Origin: a virus
DNA: 64,000 nt
Direction: 5' to 3' (one strand)
Virus record (IMG/VR): IMGVR_UViG_3300025732_000026
Span: 1-64,000 of that record
Shown here: one piece after another, positions 28,186 to 38,925 of the stretch
Position numbering within the stretch: position 1 is the stretch's first letter
How the letters are laid out: each line of letters begins with the position of its first letter
Translations under genes and position numbers: made by a program
The notes under the pieces: generated by a model
Database searches by the model: none
What the model saw: only the letters and a program-made list of their open reading frames with translations
Told to the model about the DNA's origin: nothing

Positions 28186-28872
28186 ATGAAATTTAGTAAT
28201 TTAACAATGCAGTTATTGAAAAATTTTGCGAATATTAATTCAGGAATATATTTCAAAGAAGGAAACAAACTTAGAACAATATCTACGCAGCAAGATATTC
28301 TAGTAGATGCTGAAATTGATGATGTTATTCCTACTGATTTTGGAGTATATGATCTGAATAATTTTCTCGCAGTTCTTTCTATTCATAAAGATTCTAGTCC
28401 TAATTTGGAATTTGAAAATAATAATATTATTATCTCTAGTGATGATAAACGTAGTAAAATTAGATATAGATTTTGTGAACCTACTATGATTGTTAGACCA
28501 CCAGAAAAAGATATTATCATTAAAGATGCTGAGATGAATTTTTCATTAGCGGAAAATGATTTAGCTTGGATATTAAAGACAGCAAGTGTTTTGAATTGCC
28601 CACAAGTATCATTCAAATCAGATGGCGAAAAATTAACTATTAATGCAGTAAACACAGTTGATAATTCAGCGCATACAAATTCGTTGGAAATTGGTGATAG
28701 TGATGGCAAAGTTTTTAATATTATATTCAAAACCGAGAAGATTCAGAAAGTATTATTGGGTGATTATGATGTAATCATTTCATCCAAAGGAATTGCAAAA
28801 TTTGATAATAAGTCAATCATATTGAAATACTATTTAAGTACGGAATCTGGATCGGAATACAAACATGAATAA
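28186..28872 (+). CDS. gp45: Sliding clamp gp45
   Basis: LLKNFANIN, FGVYDLNNFL, GDYDV motifs; synteny. Confidence 0.93.
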   Translation: MKFSNLTMQLLKNFANINSGIYFKEGNKLRTISTQQDILVDAEIDDVIPTDFGVYDLNNFLAVLSIHKDSSPNLEFENNNIIISSDDKRSKIRYRFCEPTMIVRPPEKDIIIKDAEMNFSLAENDLAWILKTASVLNCPQVSFKSDGEKLTINAVNTVDNSAHTNSLEIGDSDGKVFNIIFKTEKIQKVLLGDYDVIISSKGIAKFDNKSIILKYYLSTESGSEYKHE

Positions 28873-29806
28873 TGAAGAATTTCTATTTTCTCAGAAATAT
28901 AGACCCAAAACTGTTTCTGAATGTATTCTACCAAAACGATTAAAGGATTTGTTTCAATCATATGTTAATGATAGGCAAGTTCCGAATCTACTATTATATT
29001 CCGGTAGTGGAATGGGCAAAACAACCACCGCAAGAGCGATATGCGAAGAAATAGGATTGGATTATCTGATAATTAATGGTTCAGATGAGAATGGTGTTGA
29101 TACTGTAAGAAATAAAATAACTAATTATGCAAGTTCTATGTCATTGAAAGGTGGTAAAAAAGTTATTATAATAGATGAGATGGAATACATGTCCTTGAAT
29201 GCTCAAGCGATTTTGCGACATGCCACTGAAGAGTTTTCTCATAATTGTACTTTTATTTTTACATGTAATTATCCTTCAAAGATTATTGAACCATTGCATT
29301 CAAGATGTGCAGTCATTGATTTTTCTCTTAAAGCAAATGAGAAACCAGAAATGGCAGCACTATTCTTTGATCGAGTAAAACATATACTTAAAATAGAATC
29401 GATTGAGTATGATGCTAAAGTCATAGTGGAAATTATTAAAAAATATTTTCCCGATTATCGTCGAGTGTTGAATGAGTTGCAGAGATATTCTAAGTTTGGA
29501 AAAATCGATACTGGAATATTATCAGATTTAACAGATGAATCCGTTAAGGAATTGATCAAACATATTGCTAGTAAAGATTTTACGGCAATGCGCAAATGGG
29601 TAGGAATACATGGGTTGGATGCGTCTAATATATATCGTCAAATATATGATCAGTTATCCGCCACAATGGAAGCTGATAGCGTTCCCGCTGCGGTGATGAT
29701 TCTGGGTGATTATATGTATAAATCGGCATTTTGCTCAGATCAGGAAATTAATCTTGCGGCATGTTGTACGGAATTGATGGTAGAGTGTTCTTTCTTGGAT
29801 AAATGA
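28865..29806 (+). CDS. gp44: Clamp loader large subunit gp44
   Basis: KYRPKT, GMGKTT, IIDE, PLHSRC, FPDYRR motifs. Confidence 0.95.
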   Translation: MNNEEFLFSQKYRPKTVSECILPKRLKDLFQSYVNDRQVPNLLLYSGSGMGKTTTARAICEEIGLDYLIINGSDENGVDTVRNKITNYASSMSLKGGKKVIIIDEMEYMSLNAQAILRHATEEFSHNCTFIFTCNYPSKIIEPLHSRCAVIDFSLKANEKPEMAALFFDRVKHILKIESIEYDAKVIVEIIKKYFPDYRRVLNELQRYSKFGKIDTGILSDLTDESVKELIKHIASKDFTAMRKWVGIHGLDASNIYRQIYDQLSATMEADSVPAAVMILGDYMYKSAFCSDQEINLAACCTELMVECSFLDK

Positions 29807-29807
29807 T

Positions 29808-30188
29808 ATGACAGTTTGGGATTTTACAAATGCAATAATGCTTAACAAAAAGCAATTATTGGATAATGTTACTGAGAAAGAATTCATTCCATACATAATA
29901 AATAAAACATTATCATATCATCGAGATTGTATTTTTTATGCAAATGAGATGAATAGTAGATCATATTTAAGTAAAAATATGCAAAATGATTTTTACTTAA
30001 ATGCAATAAAACCAAGAAAACGACCATTCATAAAATGGTCGAAGCAAATAGATGATGTTGTTGTTGATCTCGTGAAAGATTTTTTTGGGTGTTCAGTAAG
30101 ACAGGCTAGAGAAATATTACCATTGATGGATGATAGTAAAATAGATTTCATAAAACAAAAAATAGATAAAGGTGGATTGAATGATTGA
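29808..30188 (+). CDS. gp62: Clamp loader small subunit gp62
   Basis: PYIINKTLS...ANEMN...KPRKR..KW..KGG motifs. Confidence 0.9.
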   Translation: MTVWDFTNAIMLNKKQLLDNVTEKEFIPYIINKTLSYHRDCIFYANEMNSRSYLSKNMQNDFYLNAIKPRKRPFIKWSKQIDDVVVDLVKDFFGCSVRQAREILPLMDDSKIDFIKQKIDKGGLND

Positions 30189-30588
30189 AATGAAAAATAT
30201 TGGTGTTGAGATAGAATTGCCAGATGATGAGTGTTTTTTGAAGATTCAAGAAACACTGACTCGAATTGGAATTCCTACTAAAGATTATAAGCTATTTCAA
30301 ACTGCACATATTTTACACAAACAAGGCAGATTTTGGATAGTACATTTTAAGGAAATGTTTATTCTTGATGGTAGGGAATCTAATGTATCGGATGACGATA
30401 TTGCGCGAAGAAATACTATATCCAAATTGCTTCAAGATTGGGAATTGGTTAAGATTCTCAATTTTAGATCGATAGAAGGTAATCTTGCTCCAATATCTGA
30501 TATTAAAATTATCAAACATTCAGAGAAATTTCGATGGGAATTATTGCCGAAATATACTATCGGAAAAAAACATTTTATTAGAAAATAA
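30181..30588 (+). CDS. regA: Translational repressor RegA
   Basis: FLKIQETLTRIGI, HILHKQG, IVHFKE, RRNTI, WELLPKY motifs. Confidence 0.95.
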   Translation: MIEMKNIGVEIELPDDECFLKIQETLTRIGIPTKDYKLFQTAHILHKQGRFWIVHFKEMFILDGRESNVSDDDIARRNTISKLLQDWELVKILNFRSIEGNLAPISDIKIIKHSEKFRWELLPKYTIGKKHFIRK

Positions 30589-30634
30589 GCTGATTAATTT
30601 GAGATTTACTATATGATGATCCTTGGAGATTATC

Positions 30635-30823
30635 ATGGCAGATAAAAAAAGTAGAAATCGGGTAATCCAGTTGAGAAATAGAATTACTAATGACGTTGTG
30701 TACACTAGAAGTATTGATGACATTGTTATTATTAATGGTGTAAAATTCATTAAAGCATTTAATGAATATCAACCACAACGATCATTTTTAATTAATTTAG
30801 AAGCATATGCCAGAATCCGTTGA
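30635..30823 (+). CDS. Hypothetical protein
   Basis: ATG preceded by GGAG; basic small ORF. Confidence 0.55.
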   Translation: MADKKSRNRVIQLRNRITNDVVYTRSIDDIVIINGVKFIKAFNEYQPQRSFLINLEAYARIR

Positions 30824-30842
30824 ATAATATGGAATATGAAAA

Positions 30843-31280
30843 ATGACAGAAAAAGAATTAAAATATCATACTTTGTACTTAGATATAGCAGAACGAATCT
30901 CTCAAATGAGTCATGCGCGAAGATTGCGAGTTGGAGCATTAATTGAGAAAAACGGTACTATTATTTCCATGGGATGGAATGGTACACCTAAAGGATTTCA
31001 CAATAATTGTGAACATGAATATTTTGATGAAATAGGTAATTGTACGTTAGAAACTAAAAATGAAACAATTCATGCTGAAATGAATGCCATTGGCAAATTG
31101 GCAGAAAATGGAATTTCTGCATCCGGTTCCAATTTGTATTTGACCCATTCCCCATGTCTTGAATGCTCGAAATTGATACAACGAGCCGGAATCAAAACAG
31201 TAATTTACAAGAAAGAGTATCGTAATGATAATGGAATTAGATTTTTAAAAAAATGTGGTGTGGAGATTTACAAATTATGA
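30843..31280 (+). CDS. cd: dCMP deaminase
   Basis: GWNGTP, HAEMNA, SPCLEC motifs. Confidence 0.92.
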   Translation: MTEKELKYHTLYLDIAERISQMSHARRLRVGALIEKNGTIISMGWNGTPKGFHNNCEHEYFDEIGNCTLETKNETIHAEMNAIGKLAENGISASGSNLYLTHSPCLECSKLIQRAGIKTVIYKKEYRNDNGIRFLKKCGVEIYKL

Positions 31281-31717
31281 AACGTATAGGATTCACTTGC
31301 TCTACTTTTGATTTACTTCACGCTGGACATATTATGATGTTGCAGGAAGCTAAAGAACATTGTGATATACTGATAGTGGGATTACAGATTGATCCTACTG
31401 TTGATAGACCCGAAAAAAATAAACCTATTCAATCTATTGTTGAGAGATTTATTCAATTAAAAGCAATAAAATATGTTGATGAGATTGTTCCTTATCATAC
31501 AGAAAATGATTTACTGGATATTCTAAAAGCATTTCCTATTGATATTAGATTTGTTGGTGATGAATACACTATTAAAGATTTTACCGGCAAAACATATTGT
31601 AGTGAAAATAATATTGAATTATTTTATAATTCAAGAAAACATAGTTGGTCAACAACTGAATTGCGTAATAGGATTTATGGAACATCATCTGTTGGCGGTT
31701 TAAAATATAAATTATAG
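31277..31717 (+). CDS. Cytidylyltransferase (TagD/glycerol-3-phosphate CT-like)
   Basis: FDLLHAGH (HxGH), RKHSWSTT motifs. Confidence 0.85.
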   Translation: MKRIGFTCSTFDLLHAGHIMMLQEAKEHCDILIVGLQIDPTVDRPEKNKPIQSIVERFIQLKAIKYVDEIVPYHTENDLLDILKAFPIDIRFVGDEYTIKDFTGKTYCSENNIELFYNSRKHSWSTTELRNRIYGTSSVGGLKYKL

Positions 31718-31724
31718 GAGAATA

Positions 31725-31802
31725 ATGAATATAATAGATATTATTTTATTGATACTGGGGTATGTTTTATACTTGGTATTAGTTTTTAAAATTACAAAGT
31801 GA
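31725..31802 (+). CDS. 25-aa hydrophobic peptide (not in the ORF track)
   Basis: Strong SD AGGAG; MNIIDIILLILGYVLYLVLVFKITK. Confidence 0.4.
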   Translation: MNIIDIILLILGYVLYLVLVFKITK

Positions 31803-31808
31803 GAGAAT

Positions 31809-32237
31809 ATGAACGTTTTTGAAGATCAAGCAAAATTTATGTTAGCAGTTGATAATACTGTTGGTGAATTTAATCCAAAACAATTTAAGTTGTATTTGAA
31901 ATTAATAGTTGAAGAATTTATCGAATTATTGGATGATAGTGAGTCGGGTAATAGGATCGATCAATTAGATGATTTAATTGATTTGTTGGTAGTCACAATC
32001 GGAACAATACATTCACTGGGAGTAAATCCAGAAGATGCTTGGAAAGAGGTAATACGATCTAATATGAGTAAAGTTGATCCTATTACTGGTAAAGTATTGA
32101 AACGCGAAGATGGGAAGGTTATTAAGCCAGAAGCATATTCATCTCCATTCTTAAATAATTGTGTGATTGGTGATGAATTGAACCAATTCGATTATTCAGA
32201 TGTAATTGCTGAGTTAAAAACTAAATTAGGAGTATAA
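31809..32237 (+). CDS. MazG/PRA-PH-like NTP pyrophosphohydrolase
   Basis: LIVEEFIEL...DDLIDLLVV...SNMSK...REDGKVIKP motifs. Confidence 0.85.
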   Translation: MNVFEDQAKFMLAVDNTVGEFNPKQFKLYLKLIVEEFIELLDDSESGNRIDQLDDLIDLLVVTIGTIHSLGVNPEDAWKEVIRSNMSKVDPITGKVLKREDGKVIKPEAYSSPFLNNCVIGDELNQFDYSDVIAELKTKLGV

Positions 32238-32239
32238 TC

Positions 32240-32551
32240 ATGTCGATTGCATTATTAACGTTCAAAGGATTGCAAACGGTTATCGCAACAGTCGATGATA
32301 ATTTTGTGAGTGAAAATAAGATAAAATTATCTAAATTGTTATTTGTAATGTCACAACCAACTCAGCAAGGTTCACAATTGGTATTCGTACCATTTTTAGA
32401 ATTTTCGGAACAGTGGGAAACTGGAATAGAATTTGATCGATCTGAATTTACTGTAATCAGTGATCCAATTTCTTCTATCACAGAAAAATATCGAGAAATG
32501 TTTAGTGAGATTCAAATTGCATCTGCAATGCCTAAATGGAAAGGCAGATAA
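32240..32551 (+). CDS. Conserved hypothetical protein upstream of gp43
   Basis: Sm-like small ORF in the usual position. Confidence 0.6.
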   Translation: MSIALLTFKGLQTVIATVDDNFVSENKIKLSKLLFVMSQPTQQGSQLVFVPFLEFSEQWETGIEFDRSEFTVISDPISSITEKYREMFSEIQIASAMPKWKGR

Positions 32552-35097
32552 GTGTACTATACAAATGTTGCGGTTCTTGGGAATAATATCTGTCTTAGAG
32601 GTATAAAGAATGGTAAAAGATTTAACTCTAAGATTCAATATAAACCTAGTTTATATGTCAGATCAGAAATCGATTCGATATATAAAACTATTCATAGTGA
32701 AAATTTAGATAAAATTGAATTTGATAATATTAAATCTACCAGAGAATTTATTAACTCGTATAAAGATGTTGAGAATTTTTCAATATATGGAAATCAATCA
32801 TTTGAGTATGCTTTTATTGCAGATAATTTTAAAAATGAAATTGAATGGAATATAGATGACATATCAATTGCAATTGTTGATATTGAAACGTATAGTGCCA
32901 ATGGATTTCCAGATCCCGAGAAAGCTGAACATCCGATAACAGCTATTACCATACGGTATTTGAAACAATATTCAATATCATTCGCATGTGGTGAATATAC
33001 ACCTAAATTCACAAATTCAAAATATATAAATTGTTTAGATGAATATGATTTGTGTGTCAAATTTGTGAATTATTGGAATAAAAATTGTCCAGATATAATG
33101 ACAGGTTGGAATATTCAAGGATTTGATATTGCATATTTATTCAATCGAATATCTAAAATATGTGGAGAAACAGAAGTTCAAAAATTATCTCCTTGGGGTG
33201 TTATCAATAAATCTCAAAAATTTTCAAAAACGACCGGTAAAGCATATAGTATATATAAAATATATGGAATAGCAGTATTAGATTATCTTGATTTATATAA
33301 ACAATTTTCACCAGTTAAACAAGAATCTTATAAATTGGATGTAATTTGTAATTATGAGTTGGGTACTGGTAAATTAAATTATGATGAATATAGTTCCTTG
33401 CACCAATTATATGTTCAAAATTTTGAGAAATTTATTGATTATAATATTATTGATTGTGAGTTGATAGAACACCTAGAAGATAAGCTAAAGCTAATAGAAC
33501 TTGCTGCGACATTGGCATATGATACTAAATCTCAGTTCGAAGATGTGTTCACACAAACTAGAATGTGGGATGCAATTATATATAATCATCTACTAGCCAA
33601 TAATGTGATAATTCCTGCCAAGGAAATTTCAACAAAGGACGTTAAATTTGAGGGGGCATATGTTAAAGACCCCGTAGTTGGAAAATATAAAAATGTTGTT
33701 TCGTTTGATCTTGAGAGTTTATATCCTAGTTTGATTCAGCAATATAATTTGAGTCCCGATACAATTATCGAACCGGAAAATTATACACCAGAGATACGAG
33801 AAATCGTATCGCGGAATATAACAGTTGATAAATTATTGAATCAGGAAATCGATTTTTCTAAATTACAAAATGTCGTAATGGCAGCTAATGGTCATTTTTT
33901 TAGAATTGGTAAACAAGGATTTTTACCAGAAATATTGGCAAAAATGGGTGCTGATCGAAAAAAATATAAGAGATTGATGCTCGATACCAAGAAAGAATTA
34001 GAAAAACACAAAATCAATAATACATTAACTGATGATATTTTAAATGAATTAGAAAGAAAAATTGCCAGATATAATAATCTTCAATTGGCAAAAAAGGTTC
34101 AATCCAATTCGGGTTTTGGCACGCTAGGCAGCGCGTATTTTAGATTTTTTGATACCAGAATCGCAGAAGCGATAACGTTATCAGGACAATTGGCTGTTAG
34201 GTGGGTTGAACAAGAAGTAGATAAACTATTGAATCATTTATTAAAAACGGAAAACGAGAATTATTGTTTGTATTCTGATACTGATAGTTGTTTTTTGCTT
34301 TTAAATCAAGTAGTTAGTAGAGCAAGTATAGATCATTCAGTAGTTGAGAATAGAATAAATTTTCTGGATAAATTATGTGATACTATTATTCAACCACATA
34401 TTCAAAAAGCATATGATAAATTGTTTCGATATATTGGTGGATATGAGAATAAAATGTATATGAAACGTGAGAAAATATGTTCAGATGTTATTTTTACCGG
34501 AAAAAAACATTATATTCTGAGTGTATATGATAATGAGGGTGTTCGATATTCTGAACCTCAGTTGGCAATAGTTGGATTGGAAATGATTAAAACTTCTACT
34601 CCAACTATTATTCGAGATAAATTAAAGAACTTGTTAAAATTTTATTATATGGTACAGAAGTAGAATTACAAGAAGATATTTTACATTTTGAGAAAAAATT
34701 TATAGAAATGACACCGGAAGATATCGCATTTCCTAAAGGAGTGAATGGAATTAAGGAATATACTGATAGCATTTCGATCTATAGAAAAGGTACGCCCATT
34801 CATGTAAGAGGGAGTTTAATCTTCAATCATCAATTACAAAAATATTCAATTGACAACAAATATCCGAAAATACAAGATGGCACAAAAATAAAATATATCT
34901 ATCTAAAAGAGCCAAATGTATTCCATGAAAATGTTATAGCATTTGTTGATAAATTGCCGGATGAATTTATGTTACTAGAATATATTGATTATAATTTAAT
35001 GTTTGATAAAGTATTTCTAGCTCCAATTAAAAATGTAACTGAACATATTGGATGGTCGGTTAGAAAACAAAATAGTTTAGTTGGGTTCTTTGGTTGA
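32552..35097 (+). CDS. gp43: Family B DNA polymerase gp43, with a -1 frame break at ~34624 (848 aa if joined)
   Basis: DIET exonuclease, SFDLESLYPS, KVQSNSGFG and YSDTDS motifs. The thumb continues in the -1 frame (ELVKILLYGTEVELQEDILHFEKKFIEMTPEDIAFP) into ORF 34708..35097. Confidence 0.93.
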
Positions 35098-35148
35098 ATG
35101 TTGTTATTGAATTTGTTATAATGTACGTTAACATTAAAATGAGAGAAT

Positions 35149-36195
35149 ATGGGACTATTAGATAGAGTAAAAGTTGCCGGTACAGTTAAGTCGGCGGAAA
35201 TATTATCGGAATCAACATTTTTTAATGAAAAGGATGTTATTCCAACAGATTTGCCCATTTTAAATGTGGCATTTTCTGGTAAATTGGATGGCGGATTAGT
35301 TCCTGGTTTGACGGTATTCGCAGGTGCATCCAAGACATTTAAAACACTTCTTGGATTATTTTGTATTAAAGCTTTTTTGACAAAGTATCCTGACTCAATA
35401 TGTTTGTTCTATGATTCTGAATTCGGTGTAACTCCTCAGTATTTGAAATCAAATGGAATAGATGCCAGTAGAGTATTGCATATACCTATTGAAAATATTG
35501 AACAGTTGAAATTTGATGTTGTTAAAAGGTTAGAGGCAATAGAAAGAAAAGATAAAGTTATCATTTTTGTTGATAGTATTGGCGCACTTTCATCTAAAAA
35601 GGAAGTGGAAGATGCTATAGATGAAAAATCAGTAGCGGATATGACTAGAGCCAAATCGATTCGTAGTTTATTTAGAATAATAACTCCACATCTTACTACT
35701 AAAGATATTCCTTGTATTGTGATTAATCATGTTTATCAAACGATGGAATTATATGCGAAAACGATTCTATCGGGTGGTACGTCTATAATGTACTCATCGA
35801 ATCAAGTATTCATAATCACGAAATCACAAGAGAAAGATGGAACGGATATTGTAGGTTGGAATTTTACAATAAATATTGAAAAATCAAGATTTGTTAAGGA
35901 AAAATCTAAATTCATGTTTTTGGTGAATTATGATAAAGGTATTCAGCGATATTCTGGATTGTTAGAATTGGCAATTGAGGGTAAATTTATACTGAATACT
36001 AAGCAAGGTTGGTATAATAAAGTTGATCTAACTACCGGCGAAATCGCGGAAAATGATAAGGGTATTCGACTAAAAACATTAATGGAAGATGTTGATTTTT
36101 GGGAAAATCTCTTAATAAGCGAAAAATTCAAGACATTCGTATCGAGTAAATATCAATTTACTTCGGAATCAATGATTGATTATATAGCCAAATAA
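35149..36195 (+). CDS. uvsX: RecA-like recombinase UvsX
   Basis: AGASKTFKT, FYDSEFG, DSIG, ADMTRAK, SGG motifs. Confidence 0.95.
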   Translation: MGLLDRVKVAGTVKSAEILSESTFFNEKDVIPTDLPILNVAFSGKLDGGLVPGLTVFAGASKTFKTLLGLFCIKAFLTKYPDSICLFYDSEFGVTPQYLKSNGIDASRVLHIPIENIEQLKFDVVKRLEAIERKDKVIIFVDSIGALSSKKEVEDAIDEKSVADMTRAKSIRSLFRIITPHLTTKDIPCIVINHVYQTMELYAKTILSGGTSIMYSSNQVFIITKSQEKDGTDIVGWNFTINIEKSRFVKEKSKFMFLVNYDKGIQRYSGLLELAIEGKFILNTKQGWYNKVDLTTGEIAENDKGIRLKTLMEDVDFWENLLISEKFKTFVSSKYQFTSESMIDYIAK

Positions 36196-36207
36196 TAGCA
36201 TCTATAC

Positions 36208-37551
36208 ATGAGTGATATTGAGAGAAAAATTCTTGAGAATTTATTACATAATGAACTATATGCTAGAAAAATTATACCTTTTATAGAGTTAGATTATTTT
36301 GTTGATTCAATTGATAGAACATTAGCACAAGAAATAGTACAATTTTTTGCTAAATATAATAAGCTACCTACGAAAGATATTATTAGCATAGAACTTTCCA
36401 ATCGAAAGAATTTATCGGATGAACTATTAACTAAATGTAATAAATTATTAAAGTCTTTGGAAGTAGATGATTCCAATATTGATTGGTTATTGAAACATAC
36501 CGAGAAATATTTTAAAGATCGCGCAGTCTATAATGCCATTCTAAAATCACTAACTATTATTAATAATGAGGATAAAGTTTTAACGCCAGAGGCGATACCG
36601 AAGATACTTCAGGATGCATTGGGAGTATCTTTTGATAAAAATGTCGGACATGATTATTTTATTGATGCCGAAGCAAGATATGATTTTTATAACCGTCGCG
36701 AAGAAAAAATACCATTTGATATTAATTTATTGAATAAAATTACAGATGGTGGCATGAGCAAAAAGAGTCTTACTATATTTCTTGCAATGACTGGATTAGG
36801 TAAAACTTTAGTGATGTGTCACATGGCGGCATCTGCTATATCACAGGGCAAAAATGTTTTATATATTACTTTGGAAATGGCAGAAGAACGAATAGCGCAG
36901 AGAATTGATGCAAATTTACTCAATATTGATATTAAAGATTTGGTGGCATTATCCAAGGAATCGTTTAATAAGAGAATTGATAAATTGCGTGATCGATCCA
37001 ATGGTAAATTAGTGATAAAGGAATATCCAACATCTAGTGCCCATGCTGGACATTTTAGGGTACTCTTAGAGGAGTTGAAAACTAAAAAGAATTTTCAACC
37101 AGATTTAATAGTAGTTGATTATTTAGGTATTTGTTCTAGTAGTCGAATTAAAATGAGTTCTGGTGCTAATTCTTATTTAATAGTTAAATCAATAGCAGAA
37201 GAATTGCGTGGATTAGCAATGGAATATAATGTTCCTGTCATCTCCGGTGCCCAAACTAATAAATGTTTGGTATTGAATACGTTAGTTGAGCATATGACTA
37301 AAGGAAAAATTCCGATCAAAGATTTGGTGATAGGTGATAAAATACTTGGTACGAATGGATTTGTTGATGTCAATCATATTTTTCCAATTGAAGAAAATGA
37401 AGTATATGAAATAGTATTAAAATCTGGGAAAAAAATAAAGTGTTCCAAAAAACACATTTTTCCAACAATTGATGGTATGAAATCGATAGACAATTTATTG
37501 CAGATTGGAGATTATTTATTTGTAAATAATGTTATTTCCCCAACACAGTAA
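36208..37551 (+). CDS. gp41: Replicative helicase gp41 N-extein fused to split-intein N half (intein 37264..37548)
   Basis: Walker A TGLGKT, TLEMAEE, KEYPT, VDYL, then QTNK|CLVLNT...KCSKKHIFPT (intein blocks A and B). Confidence 0.93.
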   Translation: MSDIERKILENLLHNELYARKIIPFIELDYFVDSIDRTLAQEIVQFFAKYNKLPTKDIISIELSNRKNLSDELLTKCNKLLKSLEVDDSNIDWLLKHTEKYFKDRAVYNAILKSLTIINNEDKVLTPEAIPKILQDALGVSFDKNVGHDYFIDAEARYDFYNRREEKIPFDINLLNKITDGGMSKKSLTIFLAMTGLGKTLVMCHMAASAISQGKNVLYITLEMAEERIAQRIDANLLNIDIKDLVALSKESFNKRIDKLRDRSNGKLVIKEYPTSSAHAGHFRVLLEELKTKKNFQPDLIVVDYLGICSSSRIKMSSGANSYLIVKSIAEELRGLAMEYNVPVISGAQTNKCLVLNTLVEHMTKGKIPIKDLVIGDKILGTNGFVDVNHIFPIEENEVYEIVLKSGKKIKCSKKHIFPTIDGMKSIDNLLQIGDYLFVNNVISPTQ

Positions 37552-37563
37552 AATGTTTGGAAT

Positions 37564-37602
37564 AATAAATAACTGTATACCACTAAAAAGGATACAGTTA
37601 TG
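37564..37602 (+). promoter_or_regulatory. Late promoter variant plus RBS-sequestering hairpin of the endonuclease
   Basis: AATAAATA overlaps the 5' arm of ATAACTGTAT/ATACAGTTAT, which encloses AAGG and the start codon. Confidence 0.65.
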
Positions 37603-38925
37603 GCAAGTTTCGATTATTTTTTAAAGACGATAAAGAAGAATGGTGTTGAGAATATTTCAGATGATGTGTTGAAGGAATTGCAGCGCATATTTGACGAATT
37701 TGGAGCGGTTCCTACGAAAATCATATCTAAACAGATTTTATTAGGGATACCTGATATATATAAAAGATTCGTAGAGTGTAGAAATAAATTAAAAAGTAAA
37801 GATTCTACCTCATATATTGCATGTATAATGAGATATGGTGAACATCATGGTGAAATAATATATCGTCAAAGATGTAAAGATTCAGCAATAACACTTGAGA
37901 ATTTACAAAATAAGTATGGAATACATCAGGGGGAGAAAAAATGGAATGATATGTTGGCAAAAAAATCATTTAGCTTGGCTGGATTTATTTTAAGGCATGG
38001 CGAAATAGATGGGCCAATAAAATACAAGGACTTTTGGGATAATACTAATTTTTCAACATCTAAAGATGCTTTTATTCGTAGACATGGTGAAATAGATGGA
38101 ATAGAAAGGTATAAGAAGTTTGTTGCAAAACAAGGATTCAACAATACATTATTAGCATATCATGAAAAATATGGTGTTGATTTAGGAAATATTCTATACA
38201 ATGAGCGACTTGCTAAGAAAAATGCAAATAGTAAAAAAGTTAAATATGTCACAAAATTGTTAGAATCTGGTAAAACTATAAATGAAATTAATGTTTTATT
38301 GGATAAAAGATATAATAAAACTTCGCTTAATAGTTTCATCAAAAGATATGGACTGGATATAGGAACTGCGAAATATACAGAATTTATTTCTAAACTAAAA
38401 AGTAATAATGTTCTATGTATCGAATATTATAGAAAAAGGGGCATTTCGGATACTACTTCGTTTGAATTGATATCCGACATTCAAGGAAAGAGAAACTGTA
38501 AATCCAATTTCTCAAAAGAATCAATGAAATATTTGTTGCCAATAGTTTTAAAAATTGAAGAAGTCACTGAAAATAATTGTTTCTATGGCGAAGATGAATT
38601 CTTTATTAGAACAAATAAAGAAGAATTTGATGTGTCTGGTAAAAGAATATTCTTTTACGATTTTGTTTTTCCTAAATTAAATTTAATATTCGAATATCAT
38701 GGTGTAAGATTCCATGCGGATGTTGATTATAGTTCAACTCATAGTTTGAATTTAGCGGAATTCAAACTCAATTTTGATTCGGATTTGTTTAAGAAATATG
38801 TGGCGGAAAATAGAGGTTTTGATGTTAAGATTATTAGAAGTTGGAACTTGAAAGAGGATATGAATGCTTTATATGATTATTTGCGCGATAGGGGAATAGT
38901 ATTATGTCAATCACTTTTTGTTTAG
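37600..38925 (+). mobile_element. Free-standing Vsr-like homing endonuclease between the split-intein halves
   Basis: Repeated (R/K)(H/Y)GxxxG units; C-terminal FYDF...IFEYHGVRFH...D..K...RGFDVKII. Confidence 0.8.
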
